A stretch of DNA of 63,685 bases, filler included, from Candidatus Zhuqueibacterota bacterium (GCA_016783505.1; 6 parts of 4 records of this genome joined end to end with filler, not necessarily neighbours in it); one strand, 5' to 3'; shown: positions 49,028-58,508, counted from the whole stretch's first letter. Notes: generated by a model not told the origin, from the letters alone. Numbers and translations: made by a program.

Positions 49028-51931
49028 ATGGTTGGCGAATATCGAGCCATAATAATGAGAACTGAAGCAAAAACTAAGATTGCTTTTTTCGTCAACAAAT
49101 TCAAAAACGACTATTCCTACTACAAGTCAGCCCGATATGACGAAGCCAAGACCAGGGCCGAGTTCATCGAGCCCTTCTGGGAAGTGCTGGGCTGGGATGT
49201 CCGAAATTTAAAAGGAGTGATCCACTCCCAGAGGGATGTCATCATTGAAGATAGAACCAAAGTAAGGAAATCGCTGAAGAGGCCCGACTACGGCTTCCGG
49301 ATTGAAGGGAAGACCAAATTCTTCCTCGAAGCCAAAAAGCCCGCCATTGACTTGACCGACCCCGAGCCCGTGTTCCAGGCCAAGCGCTACGCCTGGTCCA
49401 CCAACGAGGTCAACTTTGCCGTCCTTACCGATTTTGAGGAGTTCCGCCTCTTCGACTGCACCTCCAGGCCCCTCATCAATAGTCCTGGCAGGGGTCTTAT
49501 CAAAACGTTCGATTTGAAATACACCGATTACCTGGAAAAATTCGATTTGATCTGGGAAACCTTCTCCAAGGGGGCTGTCGCCGGGGGGAGTTTTGAAAGG
49601 TTACTTCCAAAGGACAGGCGATTTTTGAAAGAGCGGAAGTCGGTTGACAAGGCTTTTCTCGAGGACCTGAGCGGCTGGCGGGAGGCGTTGGCCAGGAACA
49701 TCGCCATCCGCAACCGGCGGCTGTCGGTCTACGAGCTGAACGAAGCTGTCCAGCGGCTTCTGGACCGCCTCATCTTCATCCGGGTGTGTGAGGATCGGAA
49801 TATCGAGACCGAGGAGGTGCTGAGGGGGATTCTGAATAAATGGACGGCTGAAAAAGAGGCCCCCCTCTTCTGTTATCTGGTGGACAAGTTCCAAAAGTCC
49901 CTTAACCCCCAATACAACGGTCTCCTCTTTGACCACCATTTTCTGGAGGACCTGGAGATTGACAACCGGGTTTTGAAGGAGATCATCGAAAACCTATACT
50001 ACCCCAAATCCCCCTACCAGTTCGATGTCCTGGGGGTGGAGCTTTTGGGCAGTATTTATGAGCGTTTTCTTGGCAAGACCCTTAGGCTGACGCCCCAGCA
50101 TCACGTCAAGGTTGAAGAGAAACCCGAGGTGCGGAAGGCGGGAGGGGTCTACTACACCCCGAAGTACATCGTTGACTACATCGTGGACAATACGGTGGGG
50201 AAGTTGATTGAGGGCAAGACCCCTAAAGAAATCCGCAAGCTTAAGTTTCTGGACCCAGCCTGCGGCTCCGGTTCCTTTCTCCTGGGCGCCTTCCAAAAGC
50301 TCATAGACTACCACGTCGAATATTACAAAAACCATCCCCGACAGATCAAAAAGGGGTATCCCTATCCTGAATGCTATCAGCAGGATGGCAAGTGGAAGCT
50401 GTCCGTTCATAAGAAGGCGGAGATTCTGGTCAATAACATCTACGGGGTGGACATTGACCGGCAGGCCGTTGAAGTGACCATCATGAGCCTTTACCTAAAG
50501 GTGCTGGAGGATGAGGCCTATTCCAGCCTGTTCAAGCAGGCCCTGCTCCCGGAGATGACGGGCAACATCAAGTGCGGCAATTCCCTCATCGGGACGGACG
50601 TCTTTTCCCAGGGAACCCTGTTCGATGAGGACGAGGAGCGACGCATCAACGCCTTCGACTGGGAGGATGGGATACACGGGTTCGGGGATATTATGGAAAA
50701 GGGAGGGTTTGACTGTGTGATCGGGAATCCGCCGTATGTTGTTCTTTCAAAAGAGGGATTTGATGAAAGGGTTATTAAATATTTAGGACAACAATTTAAG
50801 GAAGTTACCTATCAACTTGATTCATACTTGCTATTTATGGTGCAAGCAGTCCGCCTTTCGAAAAGTCTGATTGGTTATATCGTGCCGAACGCCTACTTAG
50901 GCAACCTAAAAATAGTCGAATTTCGGAAGTGGTTGCTTCGAAACACTTCTATCAAACAGGTAGTGATGTTACCTCCGGATGTTTTCGAGGGCGCTGTGGT
51001 CGACACGACAATTATAGTCTTTTCAACGAAAGTTAGTTCTATAAATGAGATCGAGGTCTTTAAATGTGTAAATGGAATGACAAAACATCTATATTCCCTT
51101 CTGCAGAATGATTTTCTTCGCACGCCTGAAGCAAAAATCAATATCCATATCGAACCACGAATTCAGAAAATTATTGATAAAATCCTTAAGCTAACAGAAC
51201 CATTGCGCAGTTATCTTGAAATAAACCGAGGCGTCCATGCCTACAGGACGGATGGCTATGGCAAGTCCAAGTTTTCCAAAGGATTTCAAACTCAACGTGA
51301 TTACGACGAAAGAAGTTATCATTCAAGCATAAAAAAAGACAAAACATATAAAATCGAAGTTAGGGGGAAGAACATTTTCCGTTATTATCACACAGACATG
51401 TGTGAGTACATAAGCTATGGCGATTGGTTAGCAGAGCCAAGAGATATTCGTTTCTTTAATCAACCACGTATATACGTTAGAAAGATTGTCGGGGAGACGC
51501 TTTACGCTGCTTTCAGTGATAGTGAAAACATTCCAGATCAGTCTGTGTATATTGGCATCTTGCGAGATACCACAACACTCAGATTAGAGTTCTTTTTAGG
51601 AATCATCAACTCAAAGTTAATGGTGTTTTTATTCCGTTATATGAATAATGAATTTGATACTTTATTTCCTCAAATTAAAGTAACTGAGTTTAAACAGCTT
51701 CCAATCCGCACCATTGATTTTTCCAATCCCAAAGAGGTGAAGATGAACGATAAGCTGGTTTCTCTGGTGGATAGAATGTTGGATTTGAACAAACGGAAAA
51801 ATGCCCTCAAGAGCGAAACCGAGCGCACCCGCCTGCAACGGCAGATTGATGCGACGGACAGGAAGATTGATGATCTTGTGTATCAATTATATGATTTGAC
51901 AGAGAAAGATATTAAAATTATAAGAAATTAA
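49028..51931 (+). CDS. Type IIG restriction-modification enzyme (endonuclease, N6-adenine MTase and TaqI-C-like TRD)
   Basis: LGWDV, PDY and EAK nuclease motifs; GVYYTP, LDPACGSGSFL, YGVDID and GNPPY; C-terminal IDDLVYQLYDLT. The start may be ATG 49055. Confidence 0.93.
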   Translation: MVGEYRAIIMRTEAKTKIAFFVNKFKNDYSYYKSARYDEAKTRAEFIEPFWEVLGWDVRNLKGVIHSQRDVIIEDRTKVRKSLKRPDYGFRIEGKTKFFLEAKKPAIDLTDPEPVFQAKRYAWSTNEVNFAVLTDFEEFRLFDCTSRPLINSPGRGLIKTFDLKYTDYLEKFDLIWETFSKGAVAGGSFERLLPKDRRFLKERKSVDKAFLEDLSGWREALARNIAIRNRRLSVYELNEAVQRLLDRLIFIRVCEDRNIETEEVLRGILNKWTAEKEAPLFCYLVDKFQKSLNPQYNGLLFDHHFLEDLEIDNRVLKEIIENLYYPKSPYQFDVLGVELLGSIYERFLGKTLRLTPQHHVKVEEKPEVRKAGGVYYTPKYIVDYIVDNTVGKLIEGKTPKEIRKLKFLDPACGSGSFLLGAFQKLIDYHVEYYKNHPRQIKKGYPYPECYQQDGKWKLSVHKKAEILVNNIYGVDIDRQAVEVTIMSLYLKVLEDEAYSSLFKQALLPEMTGNIKCGNSLIGTDVFSQGTLFDEDEERRINAFDWEDGIHGFGDIMEKGGFDCVIGNPPYVVLSKEGFDERVIKYLGQQFKEVTYQLDSYLLFMVQAVRLSKSLIGYIVPNAYLGNLKIVEFRKWLLRNTSIKQVVMLPPDVFEGAVVDTTIIVFSTKVSSINEIEVFKCVNGMTKHLYSLLQNDFLRTPEAKINIHIEPRIQKIIDKILKLTEPLRSYLEINRGVHAYRTDGYGKSKFSKGFQTQRDYDERSYHSSIKKDKTYKIEVRGKNIFRYYHTDMCEYISYGDWLAEPRDIRFFNQPRIYVRKIVGETLYAAFSDSENIPDQSVYIGILRDTTTLRLEFFLGIINSKLMVFLFRYMNNEFDTLFPQIKVTEFKQLPIRTIDFSNPKEVKMNDKLVSLVDRMLDLNKRKNALKSETERTRLQRQIDATDRKIDDLVYQLYDLTEKDIKIIRN

Positions 51932-51957
51932 AACCTAGCTAGTTAAGTAATATAACC

Positions 51958-52728
51958 ATGTTTGAAGACTACATAAAAGAACAAAGAGACCTTTTGGATT
52001 TTTTAAGGAATGAATATAGTAAATTTCCTGCTCTCCAGTTGCCAGATTTTAAGACAAATGGATCAAGGATTAAAAATAATACTAACAAGTGGTGGGAAGA
52101 AATAAAGAATTGTGCTGAAGAAATTAGGTATTCTTTTGCATTTATGAATGCATATAATCAATTGTCAAAAAAATATCACGAAAATTTAGAATCAAGTAAT
52201 TTTGAGAGAGGCTACGAAATATTACTTTTTGAACAACCATTTTGGATTCGAAATCTTTTAGATAGATTATACTCTTTTAGAGAAAAAATAGCCCATTTAA
52301 TTTTTTATCTATTTGACAAAAGACTAACGATAAAGAAGAAAAAAAATAATAGTAAATATGAGCGGCGCGATATAAGTTTTCATAATATTCAAGAATCTGT
52401 CAGTGTTGTGAAAAGTGGAATGGAATGGCTCAATTCAAATGATATAAATAAAGTAAAACAAATATTATCCGTATTAAAATCTGAACAAATTGAAAATCTG
52501 CTTAGAATTCGTCATGCTTTTGTACACAGGTCTAAACCTGCAATTAATTCAACTAGTTCTGGAATTATAATAGAAAGTGGCGAATGGATAGATGATAATA
52601 AATTTTTGCTTAATATTGAAGAAGAAAGCGATATCAAGTATAATCATATTAAGGATGAAATATTAAAGATTTGGACCATTATGAAAAAGGAAGTTAATGA
52701 GATTTCAAAATTAGATTTTTTCCAATAA
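51958..52728 (+). CDS. HEPN-domain protein (Cthe_2314-like)
   Basis: RxxxxH motif IRHAFVHR and upstream RLYSFREKIAHL helix; very AT-rich. Confidence 0.7.
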   Translation: MFEDYIKEQRDLLDFLRNEYSKFPALQLPDFKTNGSRIKNNTNKWWEEIKNCAEEIRYSFAFMNAYNQLSKKYHENLESSNFERGYEILLFEQPFWIRNLLDRLYSFREKIAHLIFYLFDKRLTIKKKKNNSKYERRDISFHNIQESVSVVKSGMEWLNSNDINKVKQILSVLKSEQIENLLRIRHAFVHRSKPAINSTSSGIIIESGEWIDDNKFLLNIEEESDIKYNHIKDEILKIWTIMKKEVNEISKLDFFQ

Positions 52729-52862
52729 AAATATATATCAATTTAGTATTTTCCCAAATTTGATATTTTATCAGAGTTTTGGGGTAATAAAGATTTTTAA
52801 AAGACACCGTTACAAACGGTGTCTGATCATTGAATATAAGTAACTTTTAATTTAACACCTTA

Positions 52863-53321
52863 ATGATGAATCACAACAAAATGTTGCAAAATATGTTTTC
52901 CCTGATGGGAAATATTCTGGAGTTTCAGAAAGAGAGCCCCTTTAAGTTTCAGGCTTACAAAAGGGCGACTAAGGTTATCAAGGGGCTGAGGGAGGATATC
53001 GCCGCTCTGGACCGGAGGGGAGAATTGGAGAAACTACCCAGCATCGGGCCCGCCATCGCTAAGAAGATTCATGAATTTCTGAACACAGGCATGATGAGCA
53101 AGTTTGAGGAGATTAAAGATTCAGTATCCGAAGACATGGTGGAACTTTTATCCCTTCCGGAACTGGACGGAAGGACCCTTTTTCTTCTCAATAAAAAGGC
53201 CCCGGTAAAGACCAAATCCGTCCTTAAAAAGTTATTGGATGAGGGGGTTTTTGATCATGTCCCCGGGGTAAAGCCCGAGAAGATCCAGAGGCTTAAGGAT
53301 AGGAATAAATTCCTATCCTAA
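52863..53321 (+). CDS. Stand-alone N-terminal HhH/8-kDa domain of DNA polymerase X
   Basis: ESPFKFQAYKRA and LEKLPSIGPAIAKKIHEFLNTG; ends before any palm domain. Confidence 0.8.
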   Translation: MMNHNKMLQNMFSLMGNILEFQKESPFKFQAYKRATKVIKGLREDIAALDRRGELEKLPSIGPAIAKKIHEFLNTGMMSKFEEIKDSVSEDMVELLSLPELDGRTLFLLNKKAPVKTKSVLKKLLDEGVFDHVPGVKPEKIQRLKDRNKFLS

Positions 53322-53422
53322 TCGAAAAAGAAATCCCGATAAATCGGGATGGATTTCCCCAAGATCCAATCCAATTTATTGGATTTACAAATAACTCTTC
53401 GGATAGTAATTGATTGCTATCT

Positions 53423-53678
53423 ATGAATGAGAGACAAAAACGGGAAGTAGCTGCAACCCTTGATGCGACACCGGAACTATTGCCTTTTATCCCCGAACTC
53501 CTGGCTGATCTATGGGCGTTGGGCGGCTCACCTGAGTTAGTAGTGGAGTTGCTTCGTCCCCTTGGTCTCCCATCAAGGTCAACTCGGGTGTTGGACTTGG
53601 GCTGCGGGAAAGGCGCAGTAGCAATCACTTTGGCTCGGGAATTTGGCTTCCAAGCCCTGGGGGTTGATTTCTTTGAGC
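53423..53678 (+). CDS. Class I SAM-dependent methyltransferase, 3'-truncated
   Basis: VLDLGCGKG motif I and GVD motif II. Confidence 0.85.
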
Positions 53679-53778
53679 NNNNNNNNNNNNNNNNNNNNNN
53701 NNNNNNNNNNNNNNNNNNNNNNTTAATTAATTAANNNNNNNNNNNNNNNNNNNNNNNNNNNNNNNNNNNNNNNNNNNN
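53679..53778. other. Artificial contig linker
   Basis: N44-TTAATTAATTAA-N44. Confidence 0.98.
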
Positions 53779-53779
53779 A

Positions 53780-54160
53780 ATGAATTCAACCAAGGTGACT
53801 GGGGATAGGGGGGAGGAATTAGCGGTTGAGTTTTTGAAGAAAAAGGGGTATCTGGTCAAGTCTAGGAATTATCGGGCCGGGCGGCTGGGGGAGATTGACA
53901 TCGTTGCCGAGAAGGAGAACACCCTGGTCTTTGTGGAGGTCAAGACCCAGAGAAGGGGGGGGTTCGGCTCCCCCGAAGGGTGGGTAAACAAAAGAAAGCA
54001 AAAAAGATTGGGCAATGTAGCCCTGCACTATTTGCAGGAAAATGAAATTGAGGGCATGGACTGCCGCTTCGACGTGATTACCCTGAATATGTCCCCTCGC
54101 AAACCTGTCATCCATCATATTGAAAATGCTTTTTGTTTAGAATCTGAAGATTTCTCTTGA
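53780..54160 (+). CDS. yraN: YraN/UPF0102 family endonuclease-like protein
   Basis: G..GE..A..FL, GEIDIVA, LVFVEVK, RFDV and HIENAF. Confidence 0.93.
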   Translation: MNSTKVTGDRGEELAVEFLKKKGYLVKSRNYRAGRLGEIDIVAEKENTLVFVEVKTQRRGGFGSPEGWVNKRKQKRLGNVALHYLQENEIEGMDCRFDVITLNMSPRKPVIHHIENAFCLESEDFS

Positions 54161-54210
54161 TTTTTCATAAATTTAATGCGAAATTTAATAATAGAAAAAA
54201 ATCACAGTTC

Positions 54211-54360
54211 AGCCACTAAGGCACCAAGACACAAAGGAGAAAAATGAGTTTTAAATCCATTTTACAAAGCGAAGAATCCATAGCAAAAAGATATTTAACA
54301 TGCTGCTCATTAAAAATGGAAAGATTTATTTTATCTTGGTGACTTAGTGTCTTTGTGGCT
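54211..54360 (+). pseudogene. Collapsed GxxExxY-protein cassette between 9-mer-built inverted repeats
   Basis: IR AGCCACTAAGGCACCAAGACACAAAG / CTTGGTGACTTAGTGTCTTTGTGGCT. Inside are MSFKSILQSEESIAK and, out of frame, FNMLLIKNG. Confidence 0.6.
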
Positions 54361-54375
54361 AAAAGGAGACACAAA

Positions 54376-56487
54376 ATGATGAAATCAATTTTTAGCATTG
54401 CTAGCGTTCTGCTATTTTGTGGAACAACCTTTGCTGAGATCATTCATGTTCCTGGTGATCAGCCGACTATCCAGGCGGGGATTGATGTTGCGGTAAATGG
54501 AGATACTGTCTTGGTAGATACGGGTCGGTATGTGGAAAACATTAACTACAACGGTAAGAACATTGTGGTTGGGTCACTATTTCTTACAACAGATGATACA
54601 TCCTATATCACCCAGACGGTGATTGACGGCAACCAGAATGGTAGTGTGGCGACTTTTATAAATGGTGAAGATTCTAGTGCAATATTGACTGGTTTTACTA
54701 TCACGAATGGGCTGGGTGAAAGTTCTTGGCCTTACAGTGGTGGTGGTATTACTTGTAGAAATAATTCCCGCCCCACGTTGTCCGACGTAATTATTAGTGA
54801 GAATTCCGCTGAAAGTCGTGGTGGTGGTATGTATTGCTCTGATGATTCCAACCCTACATTGACCAATGTGACCATCAGCGGGAATTTTTCTGCATATAAT
54901 GGCGGTGGGATTTACTTCGATTTCAATTCCAGCGTAACTTTTGACTCTGTCAATCGTTGTAATATTTTTTTGAACAATGCTGGTGGCATAGGATATGACC
55001 TTTATGCTGGCTACAATGTTCCCACTATCAATGTAGTAGTGGATACATTCACTGTAATGAACCCAATGGACTGTCACGCCCATCCAATTAACAACTTCAC
55101 CTTTGATATTTTAAATGCTATAATAGAGCAGGTAGAGGCTGATTTGTATGTCAACCCTAACGGCGATAATAACAACACCGGTCTTTCGCCGGATGAGCCC
55201 TTACAAACCATTACTTTTGCGATCACAAAAACCTATGCGGATAGTTTTCATCCCCATACCATTTATCTTGCTGAGGGAACCTATAGTCCATCAACCAATG
55301 GGGAGAGTTATCCTTTGAACTGTATAAGCTATATTTCTATATCCGGTACTTCTGAAGAAACAACCATTTTAGATGCAGAAGGTGAAAGTAGGGTCATAAA
55401 TTGTTATTATGGCAACAATTTTAATATTGAAAAAATGATGGTCCAGAATGGGGTAACTTCTTCAAATGGTGGCGGTATTTACTGTTATTATTCCAGCCCG
55501 ATTCTGCAGAATGTTACCATCAGCGGGAATTTTGCTTGGCATTACGGTGGCGGGATTTACTGTTGGAATTCCAGCGCGATCTTGTCCAATGTGACCATTA
55601 GTGGAAATCATGCTTTTTTTAACGATGGTGGAGGTATTTACTGCTATGGTGGCAGCCCAACCTTTGTCAATGTGACCATTAGCGGAAATTGGGGTGGTGG
55701 ACCGATCCCCCGTGGCGGCGGGATTGCGTTGGCACATTCCAGTCCCATATTGACCAATGTGACCATTAGCGGAAATTATGCTTCACATGGTAGCAATATT
55801 TTTCTATTTGGTTCCTGCCCTATTTTGGTGAATACCATTCTCTGGAATGATTACTCATCAGGTATCTATTTCAGCCACCATCCGGATGGCTTTTCTATCA
55901 TAACCATTTCTTACTCAAATGTGCGGGGTGGTTATGATGGTATTATAAGCAATGATTACGGCATCGTGAATTGGCTGGAAGGCAATATCAATGCTGATCC
56001 GCTGTTTGTCGGTGGGGACCCATTTGATTACCATCTTACAGAAAATTCACCTTGCATTGATGCTGGAACAGCGTTCTTCATCTGGAATGATGATACATTA
56101 ATAAATCTTCCAGACACCGTCTATTATGGAAATGCGCCAGATATGGGGGCTTATGAATCCGAGTTTGAGGGGATAGTAGATATTAGTTCAGAAATACCAA
56201 AAACGTTTACCTTTTCCCAGAATTATCCCAATCCGTTTAACCCAACCACCACCTTTCGGTTCGGACTTCCCAGACAGGCTTATGTAACCTTGAAGGTTTA
56301 CAATCTCCTCGGTCAAGAAGTAGTGACTTTAGTTGATGAACGCAAATTAGCCGGTTACCATCAAGTAAAGTGGGATGTCCCGCAAAGCGGGATTGGTTCA
56401 GGGATATATTTCTACCGTATAGAAGCCCACTCCAGCGGGAAGGCTGGGAAGTTTGTGAAGGTGAGAAAGTGTTTATTGGTGAAATAG
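54376..56487 (+). CDS. Secreted right-handed beta-helix (DUF1565-like) protein with T9SS/FlgD tail
   Basis: IIHVPGDQPTIQAGI, repeated GGGIYC..SSP.L.NVTISGN, SPCIDAG, DMGAYE and QNYPNPFNP tail; AGGAG RBS before ATG 54376. Confidence 0.9.
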   Translation: MMKSIFSIASVLLFCGTTFAEIIHVPGDQPTIQAGIDVAVNGDTVLVDTGRYVENINYNGKNIVVGSLFLTTDDTSYITQTVIDGNQNGSVATFINGEDSSAILTGFTITNGLGESSWPYSGGGITCRNNSRPTLSDVIISENSAESRGGGMYCSDDSNPTLTNVTISGNFSAYNGGGIYFDFNSSVTFDSVNRCNIFLNNAGGIGYDLYAGYNVPTINVVVDTFTVMNPMDCHAHPINNFTFDILNAIIEQVEADLYVNPNGDNNNTGLSPDEPLQTITFAITKTYADSFHPHTIYLAEGTYSPSTNGESYPLNCISYISISGTSEETTILDAEGESRVINCYYGNNFNIEKMMVQNGVTSSNGGGIYCYYSSPILQNVTISGNFAWHYGGGIYCWNSSAILSNVTISGNHAFFNDGGGIYCYGGSPTFVNVTISGNWGGGPIPRGGGIALAHSSPILTNVTISGNYASHGSNIFLFGSCPILVNTILWNDYSSGIYFSHHPDGFSIITISYSNVRGGYDGIISNDYGIVNWLEGNINADPLFVGGDPFDYHLTENSPCIDAGTAFFIWNDDTLINLPDTVYYGNAPDMGAYESEFEGIVDISSEIPKTFTFSQNYPNPFNPTTTFRFGLPRQAYVTLKVYNLLGQEVVTLVDERKLAGYHQVKWDVPQSGIGSGIYFYRIEAHSSGKAGKFVKVRKCLLVK

Positions 56488-56623
56488 AGAAATATTCTGA
56501 ATTGCAGATAAAAGCATCGAATTATTAATGGCCTCACTGCAGAAAAATCAAAAAGTGATCCAATCCCGATGTTTCGGGATTTTGTGTAACATATCTTTAC
56601 TTTGAAATTACAAAGCATTAACA

Positions 56624-56650
56624 AGACACCGTTGCAAACGGTGTCGGATC
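56624..56650. repeat. Solo type-A REP of the RAYT family
   Basis: AGACACCGTTGCAAACGGTGTCGGATC, preceded by TTTGAAATTAC, which also follows REP-B at 48165. Confidence 0.85.
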
Positions 56651-56702
56651 TCAGAATACAGTAAAATTTTTGCAATAGCCCCATAAATAGGTGAATAGAG
56701 CA

Positions 56703-58244
56703 ATGGATAAAATTGAACAACTGCGAGAATTACGGGAAAAGGCCCGGATGGGGGGAGGGAAGGAGCGGATTGAAAAACAGCACGCCAAGGGCAAATTGAC
56801 GGCTCGGGAGAGGCTGGATCTGCTTCTGGACGAGGGGAGCTTTGAAGAGGTGGACATGTTCGTCGCCCATCGGTGCACCGATTTTGGACTGGAAAAACAG
56901 AAGATTATGGGCGATGGGGTGGTCACCGGCCACGGACGCATTGACGGTAGGCTGGTCTATGTGTTCTCCCAGGATTTTACCGTCTTCGGGGGATCGCTGT
57001 CTGAGGCCCACGGTGAAAAGATCTGTAAGATCATGGACATGGCCATGAAGATGGGAGCCCCGGTGATCGGGCTCAACGATTCGGGCGGCGCCAGGGTGCA
57101 GGAAGGGGTGGTTAGCCTGGGGGCCTACGCCAATATCTTCCTGCGCAATACCTTGGCTTCGGGGGTGATACCCCAGATCTCAGCCATCATGGGCCCCTGC
57201 GCCGGGGGAGCGGTGTATTCTCCCGCTATTACCGACTTCATCTTTATGGTGAAAAAGACCAGCTATATGTTCGTCACCGGCCCCAAAGTCGTCAAAACGG
57301 TGACCCATGAAGATGTCAGCTCTGAGGGGCTGGGTGGGTCCGAGGCCCACGGCGTCAAATCTGGGGTGTCCCACTTTAGTTGCGAAAACGAGCCCCACAC
57401 CCTGGAAAAGATCAGAAAGCTGATCGGTTTTATCCCCCAGAACAACCTGGAAGAACCCCCGATCCTGCCCTGTGAAGATGACAAAAACCGCCAAGACGAG
57501 AAATTGCTGACCATCGTCCCCTACAGCCCCACTAAACCCTATGACATGAAGGAGATTATCACTAAGGTAGTGGATAACGAGGATTTTTTTGAGGTGCACG
57601 AACACTTTGCCCCCAACATCGTGGTCGGGTTTGCCCGCCTGAACGGCAGGTCGGTGGGCATCATCGCCAATCAGCCCGCTGTTTTGGCCGGGTGTCTGGA
57701 CATCAATTCGTCCAAGAAGGGAGCCCGCTTCATCCGTTTCTGTGACGCCTTCAACATCCCCATTATTACCTTTGAGGATGTTCCCGGGTTTCTGCCGGGC
57801 ACCGATCAGGAGTGGGGGGGGATCATTACCAGTGGGGCCAAACTCCTGTATGCTTATTGCGAGGCTACCGTGCCCAAACTGACGGTGATCACCCGCAAGG
57901 CCTACGGGGGGGCCTACGACGTCATGAACTCCAAACACATCCGGGGGGACGTGAACTTAGCCTGGCCCACCGCCGAGATCGCCGTAATGGGTCCCAAGGG
58001 AGCCGTGGAGATCGTATTTCAGAAAGAGATTCAGAAGGCTGCCGATCCCGAGGCATTGGAAGAACAGAAAATTATCGAATACACGGAGAAGTTTGCCAAC
58101 CCATACGTAGCCGCCGCCCGGGGCTACATTGACGACGTCATCGAGCCACACCAGACCCGGCCCAGGCTGATCAGAGCCCTGGAGATGCTCCAGACCAAGG
58201 TGGATTTGAACCCGAAGAAGAAACATGGGAATATTCCACTTTAA
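56703..58244 (+). CDS. Acyl-CoA carboxylase carboxyltransferase (propionyl-CoA carboxylase beta / methylmalonyl-CoA decarboxylase alpha)
   Basis: [46 protein letters not shown] and KKHGNIPL. Confidence 0.95.
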   Translation: MDKIEQLRELREKARMGGGKERIEKQHAKGKLTARERLDLLLDEGSFEEVDMFVAHRCTDFGLEKQKIMGDGVVTGHGRIDGRLVYVFSQDFTVFGGSLSEAHGEKICKIMDMAMKMGAPVIGLNDSGGARVQEGVVSLGAYANIFLRNTLASGVIPQISAIMGPCAGGAVYSPAITDFIFMVKKTSYMFVTGPKVVKTVTHEDVSSEGLGGSEAHGVKSGVSHFSCENEPHTLEKIRKLIGFIPQNNLEEPPILPCEDDKNRQDEKLLTIVPYSPTKPYDMKEIITKVVDNEDFFEVHEHFAPNIVVGFARLNGRSVGIIANQPAVLAGCLDINSSKKGARFIRFCDAFNIPIITFEDVPGFLPGTDQEWGGIITSGAKLLYAYCEATVPKLTVITRKAYGGAYDVMNSKHIRGDVNLAWPTAEIAVMGPKGAVEIVFQKEIQKAADPEALEEQKIIEYTEKFANPYVAAARGYIDDVIEPHQTRPRLIRALEMLQTKVDLNPKKKHGNIPL

Positions 58245-58304
58245 TCGAATTTAGCTCTTAGCCTTACTGGATGTCTCGGAATTTCTAAAACTTAGTGGTA
58301 ATCC

Positions 58305-58378
58305 TGTCATTCCCGTCCCGAAGTTTCGGGACTAATTCGACTGAATGGATTCTTGCTTTAAAGACCGCAGGAATGACA
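58305..58378. repeat. GTCATTCC...GGAATGAC palindromic element with nested TCCCGAAGTTTCGGGA
   Basis: 9-bp terminal IR TGTCATTCC / GGAATGACA; lies after the carboxyltransferase gene. Confidence 0.75.
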
Positions 58379-58508
58379 ACGGGTTAACTGTTACAAATGT
58401 TGAAATACTGATCCAAGACCTGTAGGGGAATATTGGAAGACTTGAAAATTGAGCTCCATCCATTCATCCTTACATTATTTCAATTTTTTAGTGATTCTGG
58501 GAGTTAAA

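Larger units (their letters stand above)
47973..52827. repeat. REP hairpin array. Type A (AGACACCG-N7-CGGTGTCT-RAT) at 47973 (half), 48097, 48800 and 52802; type B (GATC-AAACAGGG-TTTGTAA-CCCTGTTT) at 48004, 48140 and 48850
   Basis: Read directly from the sequence. A and the reverse complement of B share a TTACAAA-type loop and GAT tail, with compensatory stem changes. Confidence 0.92.

Noticed and set aside
1764-53778. Repeated TTAATTAATTAA flanked by N runs
   Set aside because: Artificial contig joiner. ORF ends with X runs and adjacency across it are artefacts.
54860-55780. Recurring AATGTGACCATYAGCGGRAAT as CRISPR or DGR template/variable repeats
   Set aside because: These are in-frame NVTISGN beta-helix coding repeats. 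No reverse transcriptase or adenine-specific variation was seen.
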